Assembly (NCBI GenBank): GCA_943788985.1
Contig: CALSSJ010000030.1
Location: forward strand, 1 to 64,000
Length of the DNA: 64,000 bases
Direction: 5' to 3'
Origin: an uncultured Lentisphaerales bacterium
Lineage (GTDB): Bacteria; Verrucomicrobiota; Lentisphaeria; JABSQK01; UBA12247
In this document: positions 40,300 through 49,692 of the stretch, piece after piece
How positions within the stretch are numbered: the first letter of the stretch is position 1
Layout: each line of letters opens with the position of its first letter
The notes under the pieces: generated by a model
The model's input: only the letters and a program-made list of their open reading frames with translations
Databases searched by the model: none
Told to the model about the DNA's origin: nothing
Position numbers and translations under genes: made by a program

Positions 40300-43200
40300 T
40301 CAGCGCTGTGGGGAAGGCACAACGAGATACTCGTCGGAGAACTCGTGAAAGTAGTGCAGGTAGTAACCTGTGTAGAACTGTAGCGTGTAGTCGTGATGGA
40401 AGTAGTACGTGTAGTCCAAGTTATGGAGGTAGTAAAAATCTTCGTTCGCATACGGATGCGGCAGTGAATAGCCATGGATCGGGTAACTTGCGAGGTATTG
40501 CGAATGAATCGCGCTCTGGGAGTTCCATGGATAGCCAACGTAGACCCAATAGGCTTGACCAGCTTCAAACTCCAGAACTTCCTCGTAGTTGATGCCATTC
40601 CAGCCCCACTGCGCAGCGATGTACTGGTAGTTGGCAAAGGTCTGTCGAGCATCGGTGCTGGCGAATGGCGGTGGTGTGACCACGCCGGTCAGGTTCCACT
40701 CTGGGACCAGTGCGTACTGGTTGAATAGATTCAGGGGGAGGCCGATGATCTCGATATCGAGGGCGTCACCACCATTGAATACCCAGTAGCCCTGGGATGG
40801 TTCGAAGGTAGTGACGTCAGAGTAGGCGGTGCCACTCCAACCCCAGATCTCTGCAGCAGGAATTCCGTCTAGGATGGTGTCTGCGCGACGATCAACTGGG
40901 TCAACAGGCAACGAAATCAAGTTCCACCCGGGCTCGAGATGAAGGGTGAATTCTTCAAGGCCATAGCGAATCTCGAACATGCGCAGTGTGCCTTGCGCGA
41001 TTTCGATGGAGTTGGTGTCAGACATATTCCAGATGTTACCGACTAATTCGCCGTTGTCTGGGTCTACCTCGACAATATACAGGCCACTGTCCGGGATCAG
41101 ACTGGTGTCCCAAGTCAGGGTTGCCGCGGAGAGACTGAGGCGCGCATCGCCGGTAAGTATCCACAGCCCGTACGGGGCCTCTTGGCGAATGTCACGTGCC
41201 AGCGCAAAGTCGCTGGGGCCAAGAAAGGTGCGTGCGGTGGCCAGCATCGGCTGCGGGGGAATGGGCGTATAAACGCGGGAGATGCCCATGCCAAAACTGA
41301 CGAAATTGGTGCTGGAGCCAACTACGGAGATTGGCAGTTCCCAGCCGCTCACCACAATCGTAATGGTCGCGGGAGCAGAAGCCAAACCGCCGGCATCGCG
41401 AGCAATGTAGTCGAGGTGCAGAACACCTTCCCAGTCGTCTTCTGCGGTGTAGACGCCGTCTGTGATGGTGCCGTGTGCCGGAACACCTTGGATTTCATAG
41501 GTGACTTCGTCCCAGTCGGGATCGAGTGATTCGAACGGGAGCAGGGACGAACCGCCACGCCGTACGTGCAAGGTATTATCGGCCGCACTGGGCTCATGGT
41601 TCACATCTGTGACAGTGATCGACACCATCCCGTCATCTACGAACACGCCGTCAGTGACAAGATAGGCGAAGGTCACTTCACCAGAGAAGTCGTTGTGTGG
41701 ATCGAATACGAGTGAGCCATCATCTCCGACCACAAGTACGCCTGATTCGACCGGCTGAAGGAAGGCGCGGACAAAGCCGGCATGCTCAGCGAACTGCAAG
41801 GTCTGGTCAATCACCAAGACGCCACTCGAGAGGTAGTAGTTCGGAACAAAATAGGTGTGGTTGAGGAAATAGTTGATCGGATTCAAGCTGGTGTGAAAGG
41901 CGAAATAGGTCGCAGGATCGTAGCTATCGTGCACCAGGTAGGTGGGGAGGATGGGATTGAGGACGGGCGCGTCTGCCTGCAGTCCAAGGTAGCCATTGTA
42001 GGGGCGAACGCCTGCGATTGTGTCTGTGTTGTAGTAGTTGAGGCCATGCGAGGCGACGAGGCCAGAGAATGCGGGGAGAACCATGAGTGGGCCGCCGTCG
42101 GCATCAACGTCGTTTGCCAGCAGGCCGCCAGCAGGAGCAATCTGCAGAATTTGGTCTTGGTCGATGGTGTAGGCGTCATCCGCAGCTACGGGAGCGTGGA
42201 GGTAGTTGGTCTTGACATCGAAGATCGAGGCGCCGTGGCTGTAGACGCGGGCGATGGCTTGAAGCGGGTAGTCATCCATATCGATGACGCTCGTAATGCG
42301 GTAGCGCTCTGTGTCATTGACGTAGACCACTGCGTCGCCATGGCCGTCAAGCCCGGACTCGACAGAAACGCGAATGATGTCACGCGGGCTGTAGTCGCCG
42401 ACGTTGGGGCCAGCGGGAGCATAGGGACCGCCGTCGTAAAGGACGATGACTTTGCCCTGGTGATCGAGGAAGACACCGATCTTTACATCTTTCGGGGTGT
42501 GCCCGTGAATGATTTCACTGGCGAACCCCAAGATCTTGAGGGTATCATTGGCCTCGACCCAGCCTTCTACGTAGGCACCACCGCCAGGAACGAAATAGAG
42601 TCCATCGGCACCTGCGTCATGGCCCTGGACCCTGCCGCCGGACTTAGTCAGGCTGCCACCAGAGAGATGGACGTTGGTGGGATTCTCCCAAGAAATAGGA
42701 CGGCCGCCCGCATCTCCCCAGAGCGTAGGCGAGGTCGCAGTAGCTGCGGTGCAAATGGTGGAACAGATCCCGGATGCAACGGGCACGATACCGGCCGGGG
42801 TTGCCTTGGTGTGAAAGCGCCGTAGAGTCGCGCCTGTCGGATCAAGGATGGTAATCGTGAAGACTGATGCGCTTGTCCAACTCCCGGAGTAGTCGGCACC
42901 GAGGGAGTCAGCCCGATGAGTGAAGCCGTCCCAGTGAGAAAAGTTGAAGAGAGCGTCGACGAGGTCCTTGTCTGTGCGTCCGCCAGTTGGAGCGGCTGTG
43001 GCCTGGGAGAAGACGATGGAAATTTCATCGCCCGCGGAGTAGTCATCGTCGAGGTTGTCTGGATCATCCATGATGAAATCTATTATCTCGGGGACCGGGA
43101 CGCTGTGCTGGAGATGCTCCAGGCGCGGGTTGGCATTGGTGGTCTCGTCTCCGGCGCCCAGGGTCACGGATGCCTGGAACGGATAGTCCTCCTGAGAGAT

Positions 43201-43713
43201 TGTGCGCTCGGAAACATGGAAGAGAACGCCCTTGTAATAGTAGCCAATCTGCGCATACTCGAACTCGCCTGTTGAGCTGCGCACAGGAGCAATAGCTACC
43301 CTGAATACGTCCCCAGTGCGATAGGTGACCACTGGGCCGACTCGCGTGCCGGACTCAACAGCAGATGCCTTCCCCTTAATGTCCAAGATGATTGCGTAGT
43401 CCTGGTTCGGCAGCGCCGGATCATTGCCACCATTGGTGAAGCCGAATGCGCGAGTGTGGTCGATGCCATCGGCGATAGCTTCTACCCATGCCGCGCCGCC
43501 GTAGTACGTGTGGCGGGAAACGGCTCCCTTGCGAAAGCTGCCGCCGCCTTCGCCGTGCAGCTCATACAGGTTCTCAACGCGAATCGGGCCCGTCGGGTCC
43601 CAGTCGGGGGCCATGCCACCAGGAGCCAGCGGAAGATGTGCGAGTGCTGGGAGACAGAGGGCGAGTGTCAGCAATGTCACTAACAGCCTGAGAGCGTAGG
43701 TAGGTAACCGCAT
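40300..43713 (-). CDS. Large exported protein with cadherin-like/Big_9 repeats, PGWNLISLP module and Tyr/His-rich tail
   Basis: Signal peptide MRLPTYALRLLVTLLTLALCLPALA; APVAADDAYT...LLANDVDADG, VNHEPSAAD; LEPGWNLISLPVDP. Confidence 0.75.
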   Translation of the reverse strand: MRLPTYALRLLVTLLTLALCLPALAHLPLAPGGMAPDWDPTGPIRVENLYELHGEGGGSFRKGAVSRHTYYGGAAWVEAIADGIDHTRAFGFTNGGNDPALPNQDYAIILDIKGKASAVESGTRVGPVVTYRTGDVFRVAIAPVRSSTGEFEYAQIGYYYKGVLFHVSERTISQEDYPFQASVTLGAGDETTNANPRLEHLQHSVPVPEIIDFIMDDPDNLDDDYSAGDEISIVFSQATAAPTGGRTDKDLVDALFNFSHWDGFTHRADSLGADYSGSWTSASVFTITILDPTGATLRRFHTKATPAGIVPVASGICSTICTAATATSPTLWGDAGGRPISWENPTNVHLSGGSLTKSGGRVQGHDAGADGLYFVPGGGAYVEGWVEANDTLKILGFASEIIHGHTPKDVKIGVFLDHQGKVIVLYDGGPYAPAGPNVGDYSPRDIIRVSVESGLDGHGDAVVYVNDTERYRITSVIDMDDYPLQAIARVYSHGASIFDVKTNYLHAPVAADDAYTIDQDQILQIAPAGGLLANDVDADGGPLMVLPAFSGLVASHGLNYYNTDTIAGVRPYNGYLGLQADAPVLNPILPTYLVHDSYDPATYFAFHTSLNPINYFLNHTYFVPNYYLSSGVLVIDQTLQFAEHAGFVRAFLQPVESGVLVVGDDGSLVFDPHNDFSGEVTFAYLVTDGVFVDDGMVSITVTDVNHEPSAADNTLHVRRGGSSLLPFESLDPDWDEVTYEIQGVPAHGTITDGVYTAEDDWEGVLHLDYIARDAGGLASAPATITIVVSGWELPISVVGSSTNFVSFGMGISRVYTPIPPQPMLATARTFLGPSDFALARDIRQEAPYGLWILTGDARLSLSAATLTWDTSLIPDSGLYIVEVDPDNGELVGNIWNMSDTNSIEIAQGTLRMFEIRYGLEEFTLHLEPGWNLISLPVDPVDRRADTILDGIPAAEIWGWSGTAYSDVTTFEPSQGYWVFNGGDALDIEIIGLPLNLFNQYALVPEWNLTGVVTPPPFASTDARQTFANYQYIAAQWGWNGINYEEVLEFEAGQAYWVYVGYPWNSQSAIHSQYLASYPIHGYSLPHPYANEDFYYLHNLDYTYYFHHDYTLQFYTGYYLHYFHEFSDEYLVVPSPQR

Positions 43714-43790
43714 GTCTAGGATTCCTGTGAAAATATGATGGTCGACAACCAGAGTTCGAGCGTAACAATATCCACAGTCTAGCGGAAATT

Positions 43791-44321
43791 TCAAGGGCAC
43801 AATCGTTCTGATGCCTGATTATTTGCAGATTCAAATGCCGCAGGTGGAATGGCGATGACATCAGCGGCCGCGTCACGGCGAATCTGATCCAGGATGCCGT
43901 TGGTGAAGCGCCAGGACTCTTCGTCGCCGAAAAGGCGAGCGATTTCAACGGCCTCATTGATGCAAACCGCGGGCGGGACATCTGCGTAGAACATCTCGTA
44001 TAGCGCAAGTCGAATCGTGTTCAGATCCACGGTCAACATGCGGGCGGTATCCCAGTGTGGCGAGGCGCCAGCGATCATCTCGTCGACAAGGTGTTTCTGA
44101 ACGGTGACACCGGCGACCAAGGCATCCGCGCGACTCTTGATTTTGCGGAGTTCCCGAGCAGAGAGCTCGGGGGGGGCAAGTTCAGGGAGCTCGTGGAGCC
44201 ACTCGCATTCAAGCACGAGTTGGTCCGCGTCGTCGTTTGGGCCAATATCGAGTTTGTATAGCATCTGCAATGCGCGGATGCGGGCCAGATGCTGAATGGG
44301 GACTGGTTTGCCGCGCTTCAT
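43791..44321 (-). CDS. nusB: Transcription antitermination factor NusB
   Basis: ARIRALQMLY, W--ARM--VD--IRLALYE, INEAVEIA, FTNGILD; follows ribH. Confidence 0.93.
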   Translation of the reverse strand: MKRGKPVPIQHLARIRALQMLYKLDIGPNDDADQLVLECEWLHELPELAPPELSARELRKIKSRADALVAGVTVQKHLVDEMIAGASPHWDTARMLTVDLNTIRLALYEMFYADVPPAVCINEAVEIARLFGDEESWRFTNGILDQIRRDAAADVIAIPPAAFESANNQASERLCP

Positions 44322-44809
44322 GCCAAAACCGGGTCAATGGCCCGCATGACATTAGCCATTTCGACCGCGGTCGAAATGGCGGATGCGCCGCGATTGCCGA
44401 GCTTGGAGCCGCTGCGCTCTGTGGCTTGGTCTAATGACTCTGTGGCAACCACGCCATGCACGACCGGCACGCCGCTCTCTGCGGACAAAGAGCAGAGGGC
44501 GCTAGCCACGCTACTATTGATGTGCCCTGCGTGGCTCGTGCTACCCTGAATCACGGCGGCGAGCGCCACGACGGCGTCGAACTTGCCACTACGCACGAAG
44601 CGCCCCGCGACGGCAGGAATTTCGAAGCAGCCCGGCACCCAGGCAACCGTTACATTCTCCGCAATGCCGCCTGAGCGGCAGAAGGAATCCATAGCGCCTT
44701 CGAGGAGCCGGTCTACGAAAAAGTGATTAAATCGGCCGCAGACTATGCCTATGCGGAGGCCTTGGGCGGATAGCGTGCCCTCGATGATGGAGCCGGGAGT
44801 CTTATTCAT
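44318..44809 (-). CDS. ribH: 6,7-dimethyl-8-ribityllumazine synthase
   Basis: GIVCGRFN, VPGCFEIP, VIQGSTSH, QATERSG, NRGASA. Confidence 0.93.
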   Translation of the reverse strand: MNKTPGSIIEGTLSAQGLRIGIVCGRFNHFFVDRLLEGAMDSFCRSGGIAENVTVAWVPGCFEIPAVAGRFVRSGKFDAVVALAAVIQGSTSHAGHINSSVASALCSLSAESGVPVVHGVVATESLDQATERSGSKLGNRGASAISTAVEMANVMRAIDPVLA

Positions 44810-44835
44810 GATGTTTCTCTAGATCTAGTACGAAA

Positions 44836-46026
44836 TTATAGTATGTGTCCGAGCCGTTCCCGCTTGGTCTTGAGATAGAAGGCGCTAGGCGGCTTGGCTG
44901 GCGCAACGATCGGCAGGCGCTTAACGACTTCAATGCCGTAGTCCGTAATTCCCTGAACTTTCGCGGGATTATTGGTCATGAGATTCACCGCTGAGATCCC
45001 CAAAATCTGCAGGACTTGGGCCGCCACGGAATAATCTCGCATGTCGGGCGGGAATCCGAGGCGCTCATTGGCCTCCACGGTATCCAGTCCCTCGTCTTGC
45101 AGGCGGTAAGCCTGAATTTTCTGAACCAAGCCGATTCCTCTTCCTTCCTGCCGCAGGTAGACGAGTACGCCAGAACCGTTGCGGATGATCTCTCGCATTG
45201 CAATATCCAGTTGGTCGCCACAGTCGCAGCGGGAGGAATGGAGAATATCCCCGGTGAAGCATTCGCTGTGGATTCGCACCAAGGCTGGCTGGTTTTCGTC
45301 GATGTCGCCGAACGTAACCGCGATGTGTTCGCGGGAGTCGTATAATGTCGTGAAGCAATGCAGTTGAAAATCCTGATCCGAGTAGCTGGTCGGTAGATTC
45401 ACAGATCCACTTGGCTGGATGACTCGTTCGCGCTGTTGGCGGTAGCGCACTAGGTCGGAGACGTTGATGTGGGCGAGCCCATGAGTCTCGACAAACTTGG
45501 CCAGGTCCGGAGCGCGGGCCATTTCTCCGTTTTCTGCCAGGATCTCGCAGATGGCCGCGGCCGGCTCGCAGCCAGCCAAGGTCACAAGATCGAGCGCTGC
45601 TTCTGTATGCCCTGGTCGTTCGAGGACACCTCCTTCTTTTGCCAGCAGCGGGAAAATATGGCCCGGAATATCAAAGTCGCCTCTGCTTGCCTGCGCTTCG
45701 GCCAACTTGACCAAGGTCTGTGAGCGGTCCGCGGCTGAAATCCCGGTCGTGACACCTTCCCTGGCATCGACACTGACGGTAAATGCGGTCCCAAACCGGT
45801 CCACGGTTGTGGACATGGGCCAGAGGCCCAACTGCTCCACGCGTCCACGGGACAGCGGTGCGCAGATCAGGCCGCGCCCATGCACGGCCATAAAATTCAC
45901 GACTTCTGGAGTTGCGAACTCCGCAGCGACAATAAGGTCTCCCTCGTTCTCGCGCCTTGCATCATCACTGACGACGATAATTTCGCCTTTAGCGATCGCC
46001 TCGATTGCCTGTTGTACTGTGCTCAT
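44836..46026 (-). CDS. ribBA: Bifunctional DHBP synthase / GTP cyclohydrolase II
   Basis: DDARRENEGD, FTVSVD, GVTTGISA, RPGHTEA, RIHSECFTGD, RCDCG, QEGRGIG, MTNNP. Confidence 0.95.
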   Translation of the reverse strand: MSTVQQAIEAIAKGEIIVVSDDARRENEGDLIVAAEFATPEVVNFMAVHGRGLICAPLSRGRVEQLGLWPMSTTVDRFGTAFTVSVDAREGVTTGISAADRSQTLVKLAEAQASRGDFDIPGHIFPLLAKEGGVLERPGHTEAALDLVTLAGCEPAAAICEILAENGEMARAPDLAKFVETHGLAHINVSDLVRYRQQRERVIQPSGSVNLPTSYSDQDFQLHCFTTLYDSREHIAVTFGDIDENQPALVRIHSECFTGDILHSSRCDCGDQLDIAMREIIRNGSGVLVYLRQEGRGIGLVQKIQAYRLQDEGLDTVEANERLGFPPDMRDYSVAAQVLQILGISAVNLMTNNPAKVQGITDYGIEVVKRLPIVAPAKPPSAFYLKTKRERLGHIL

Positions 46027-46102
46027 GCTTATTCCGTCAACTCGTTGCATTCGTGGCACAGCAACACGGGCCGCATGCCTGTGTGCATGCGCCTGTCAGC
46101 GT

Positions 46103-46237
46103 GCTTTCTCTTATCCAGACTGTACTGTCGGCGATGGAATTTCACCATCTCCTGCCCCGTAGGGCTCGCGGGCTGTAACCGCCGGTCCGGAATTCCTGTC
46201 TCACGTAGCGTGAGCTAGGTCACCGTGCCCCGAAAGC
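46103..46237 (-). ncRNA. FMN riboswitch (RFN element)
   Basis: Minus strand GCTTTCGGGGCACGGTGA...AATTCCGGACCGGCGGT..AGCCCGCGAGC...GGTGAAATTCC..GCCGACAGTACAGTCTGGAT..GAGAAAGC; ~75 nt upstream of ribBA. Confidence 0.93.
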
Positions 46238-46353
46238 GTTATCTCAAGCACGAAATGTACGCCCTCACGGACCGAATGCTATCAGGCTGTGGGCAAAACT
46301 CGGGGACCGATTCCCCGACTAGATGGATTCGGCGATCCCTCGTATGTTGGAGG

Positions 46354-48594
46354 ATGCTAGAAGAGAACGTCCCACCCTCCGGCGATGAACAAGCACCCCA
46401 GCACTGGGTCTGTGCGTTGGTTCTGCTGTTTCTAGTCATTCTTGCCTACCGGCCGGCGCTGAGCTGCGATTTCATCTGGGATGACGATCAGTACGTGTAT
46501 GAGAATCCGGTGCTGACCAGCGACACAGGACTGCGTGACATCTGGCTGGATCCGCTAGCCACCCCGCAATACTACCCAATGGTTCATACCAGCTACTGGC
46601 TGGAACACAAACTTTGGGGCATGCGGCCGCTCGGATATCACAGTACAAACCTGCTGCTGCACGGCGCCGCTGCCATATTACTCTACCTACTGCTACTCCA
46701 GTTGAAGGTCCCGGGCGCGTGGTGGGCTGCGGCGTTATTTGCGATTCACCCAGTGAATGTCGAGTCCGTGGCGTGGATTACCGAGCGGAAGAATGTGTTG
46801 GCCGGTCTATTCGCCTTTGCTGCGTTGAATTTCGGTTGGTGGGCGACGGAAAGCCAGTCGAGGTGGCAATCCAGTTTCTGGAAATGGCTGTGCGCACTGC
46901 TCTTCTTTGTCCTTGCGCTGCTGTCCAAGACTGTCGCTTGTTCCATGCCCGCGGTACTGCTGCTACTGCTATGGTGGCGGCGGCGATTGCGCCCGGGAAC
47001 TGTGGCTCCTCTGATCCCGTTTTTCGCGTCCGGCCTGTTATTCGCGCTCCTGACCGTGCGGTTGGAACGGCATTTCGTGGGGGCGGACGGGCCCGAGTGG
47101 GATCTATCTTTGATCGATCGCTGCTTGATCGCCGGCCGCGCTTTGTGGTTCTACATCAGCAAGATTGCATGGCCTGAGCCACTCATGTTCATTTATCCGC
47201 GCTGGGAAATAAATAGCGCAGTGTGGTGGCAGTACCTGTTTCCGCTCGCGGCGCTGTTCGTTCTAATCGTGGGCGCCGCGCAGGCCTTGCGTGGCAAGCG
47301 TGGCCTGTTTGCCTGTAGTGCGATGTTCGCAGGAGTGCTGGTTCCGGCGCTGGGATTCTTTAATGTTTACCCGATGCTGTTCTCCTTCGTGGCCGATCAC
47401 TTTCAGTATCTCGCCACGCCCGTTGCCTGTGCTGGACTCTGCGCCGTAGTCTTTGGCAACGCCTCGCACGGGCGGCTACGACGCGGGGGCATGACTGCCG
47501 TGTTGGCCGTTTTTCTGGTCTTGAGCATATTGCAGTGTCGCATCTATCAGGATGAGGAGACCCTATGGCGAGCCACTGCTGCAGACAACCCAACTGCCTG
47601 GATCGCCCACAATAATCTCGGTCTCATCCAGCTGAATCGAGGCGAGACCACAGAAGCCATTGCCGCCTTTCACACAGCCCTGCGCTATCGTCCACATCAC
47701 AGCACTGCCTGGGGGAATCTTGGGCTGGCCTATTCCCAGCTTGGACAGAAATCATCGGCGGCCAGTGCGTTTCGCAAATCGGTCGAGCTTGAGCCGGAGG
47801 ATGCAGACGCGCTGAACCTGGCAGCAAACTTTTTTGCCGGTGAACGCCGCTATGACGAAGCGCTCCCGCTCTACCTGGCGGCCCTGGCCAGGAAGGACGA
47901 TCCCGGAATCGGGACCAACTGTGCAGCCATGCTGATCGAAGCCGGCCGTTGGCAAGATGCTGCGCCAAGGTTGCAGACTATTGTCCAAAGCTACCCTGAC
48001 TTTCCCGCTGCACGCTATCACCTGGCCTACGTCAGCGAAAAGCTGGAGCACCATGATCAAGCCCTAGTGCAGCTTCGCGCCCTAGCGAGCCTGGACCCGC
48101 GTCCGGAGAACCTAATCTGGCTGATGCGGAGCTTGATACGCGGCGAGCACTATCAGGAAGCAAGTCCGCTTGCCGAAGCTTTGCTAAATCGAGAACCGAG
48201 TCCGCAGGTCTTGGCGCTTGCAGCCCGCGTCGCGGCCGAAAATGGTGCTGCAGACATCGCAATTCAGCGCTGGGAACGGGCGCTGTCTGTGACGTCTCCC
48301 GCTGCCAGTACCTTGCAAGACTATGCGTGGTTTTTGGCGACCCGCCAAAGCAGCACGCGCGACCAGCGCAGCCGCGCACTGGCGAGTGCTCAATTGGCTC
48401 TGAAGCTTGCCAAACCAACCACACCGGCGCTTTTGGATTGCGTCGCCGCAGCTCACGCATCAGTGGCGGACTTCGCAGGTGCCGAGCTTTTTGCTGCGCG
48501 AGCAGTTGCTGCCCTGTCGCCAGTGGATGCCCGCCGTGAGTCGTTTCAGAGTAGGCTAGACTTGTATCGCGCGGGCCAGTCCTTCTATCGATAA
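46354..48594 (+). CDS. Multi-TM GT-C/TMTC-like protein with C-terminal TPR repeats
   Basis: FIWDDDQY, YYPM, GYH--NLLLH, HPVNVESVAWITERKN, VADHFQY, ETLW, then AHNNLG/AWGNLG TPRs. Confidence 0.85.
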   Translation: MLEENVPPSGDEQAPQHWVCALVLLFLVILAYRPALSCDFIWDDDQYVYENPVLTSDTGLRDIWLDPLATPQYYPMVHTSYWLEHKLWGMRPLGYHSTNLLLHGAAAILLYLLLLQLKVPGAWWAAALFAIHPVNVESVAWITERKNVLAGLFAFAALNFGWWATESQSRWQSSFWKWLCALLFFVLALLSKTVACSMPAVLLLLLWWRRRLRPGTVAPLIPFFASGLLFALLTVRLERHFVGADGPEWDLSLIDRCLIAGRALWFYISKIAWPEPLMFIYPRWEINSAVWWQYLFPLAALFVLIVGAAQALRGKRGLFACSAMFAGVLVPALGFFNVYPMLFSFVADHFQYLATPVACAGLCAVVFGNASHGRLRRGGMTAVLAVFLVLSILQCRIYQDEETLWRATAADNPTAWIAHNNLGLIQLNRGETTEAIAAFHTALRYRPHHSTAWGNLGLAYSQLGQKSSAASAFRKSVELEPEDADALNLAANFFAGERRYDEALPLYLAALARKDDPGIGTNCAAMLIEAGRWQDAAPRLQTIVQSYPDFPAARYHLAYVSEKLEHHDQALVQLRALASLDPRPENLIWLMRSLIRGEHYQEASPLAEALLNREPSPQVLALAARVAAENGAADIAIQRWERALSVTSPAASTLQDYAWFLATRQSSTRDQRSRALASAQLALKLAKPTTPALLDCVAAAHASVADFAGAELFAARAVAALSPVDARRESFQSRLDLYRAGQSFYR

Positions 48595-48671
48595 CGGAAT
48601 TTTGCGATAGACCAGTGCGGTGGAGCGCCGAACGTCCGCACATTATTCCGACCAACCTGTGACGCGCCACA

Positions 48672-49052
48672 CTAAAACAACCTTAAAGACGGGAGAGCAG
48701 CAGCGAATACCACCATTGCCATGATTAGCACGGGGTGAAGCGCAGCAAGCCACAGAACAGATTGCGCCCAATTATGGTGCCGGTTCGATCTGAGAGCATG
48801 GCAGAGCAAGAAGAGCTTACGGGTATGCCCGCCTGCTGTCACTCCCGCTTCCTCCGCCCGGATCAAGGCATCTGGCGCGTTCAGTAGTCGCGCGGCCTGC
48901 TCGTAAAAATCGGAGGGCGCTTGCATCCTGTTGAGCCAAGTATTGACGGTCGCGATGGACGAAACCCTATCTGGCGTGAGTGGAAGTGCGAAGCGACCAA
49001 CCAGGCTGATGCCTGCAGCGGTAGTCGATGCGAATGGATGACTCAGAATCAA
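48672..49052 (-). CDS. Hypothetical membrane protein
   Basis: ORF with C-terminal hydrophobic helix; no recognised family. Confidence 0.3.
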   Translation of the reverse strand: MILSHPFASTTAAGISLVGRFALPLTPDRVSSIATVNTWLNRMQAPSDFYEQAARLLNAPDALIRAEEAGVTAGGHTRKLFLLCHALRSNRHHNWAQSVLWLAALHPVLIMAMVVFAAALPSLRLF

Positions 49053-49213
49053 CTAGCGCAACGAGACCACCATCTCAGTGAGCGCGGGCATTGGCTCGCC
49101 AGCGAACACTCGCGCAAGCGCGCGGCTCGATTCTGCCACCCACAGTACCGCGACGGTCCAAGTGAGCAGTGTGCTACCCCACAAAAATAGCAGCGCATTG
49201 CGCAAGCGTACTT

Positions 49214-49309
49214 GCGCGGCGTTGCGAACTTCACAAACCGCGTCAATGGCACAGGCACCGCGCGGCGTTGCGAACTTCACAAACCGCGTCAATGGCACAG
49301 GCACCGCGC
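49214..49309. repeat. Perfect 46-bp tandem duplication
   Basis: GCGCGGCGTTGCGAACTTCACAAACCGCGTCAATGGCACAGGCACC at 49214-49259 and 49260-49305, plus GCGC. Confidence 0.9.
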
Positions 49310-49692
49310 AGTGGTTTCCCGCCTGCTACACCAGCCGCGCGAACAAGACGACACGCTTTCGAGCAATCTAGCGTGCGTTGCATCCTATTTCTGTCTCCAC
49401 AATGGCTGGTGCGCTGTGCTGGCAAGTCATCATGTCGCTCCAAGGCAACGATCAAGTCGGGCAAGGCACCCGGGAAATGGATTCGGGGGCCAATCAGCAA
49501 AGTCATCTGCGGATGGGTATTTTAAAGTTCATAGAGGCAGTTTGAACTAGGTGCGAGCCTACCTGATCTACGGGCTGCTCATCAGGCCAACGTGGTGAGA
49601 CTTGCGGCTCAGGCGTAAGTTTAGAGGCAAGTTTCTAGCGCCATGTCCAACTCCTAAGCCACACCCCAAGAACAAAAAGGCCCGCCCTCAAG

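Noticed and set aside
49214..49309. CRISPR array
   Set aside because: Two abutting identical units with no spacers and no cas genes.
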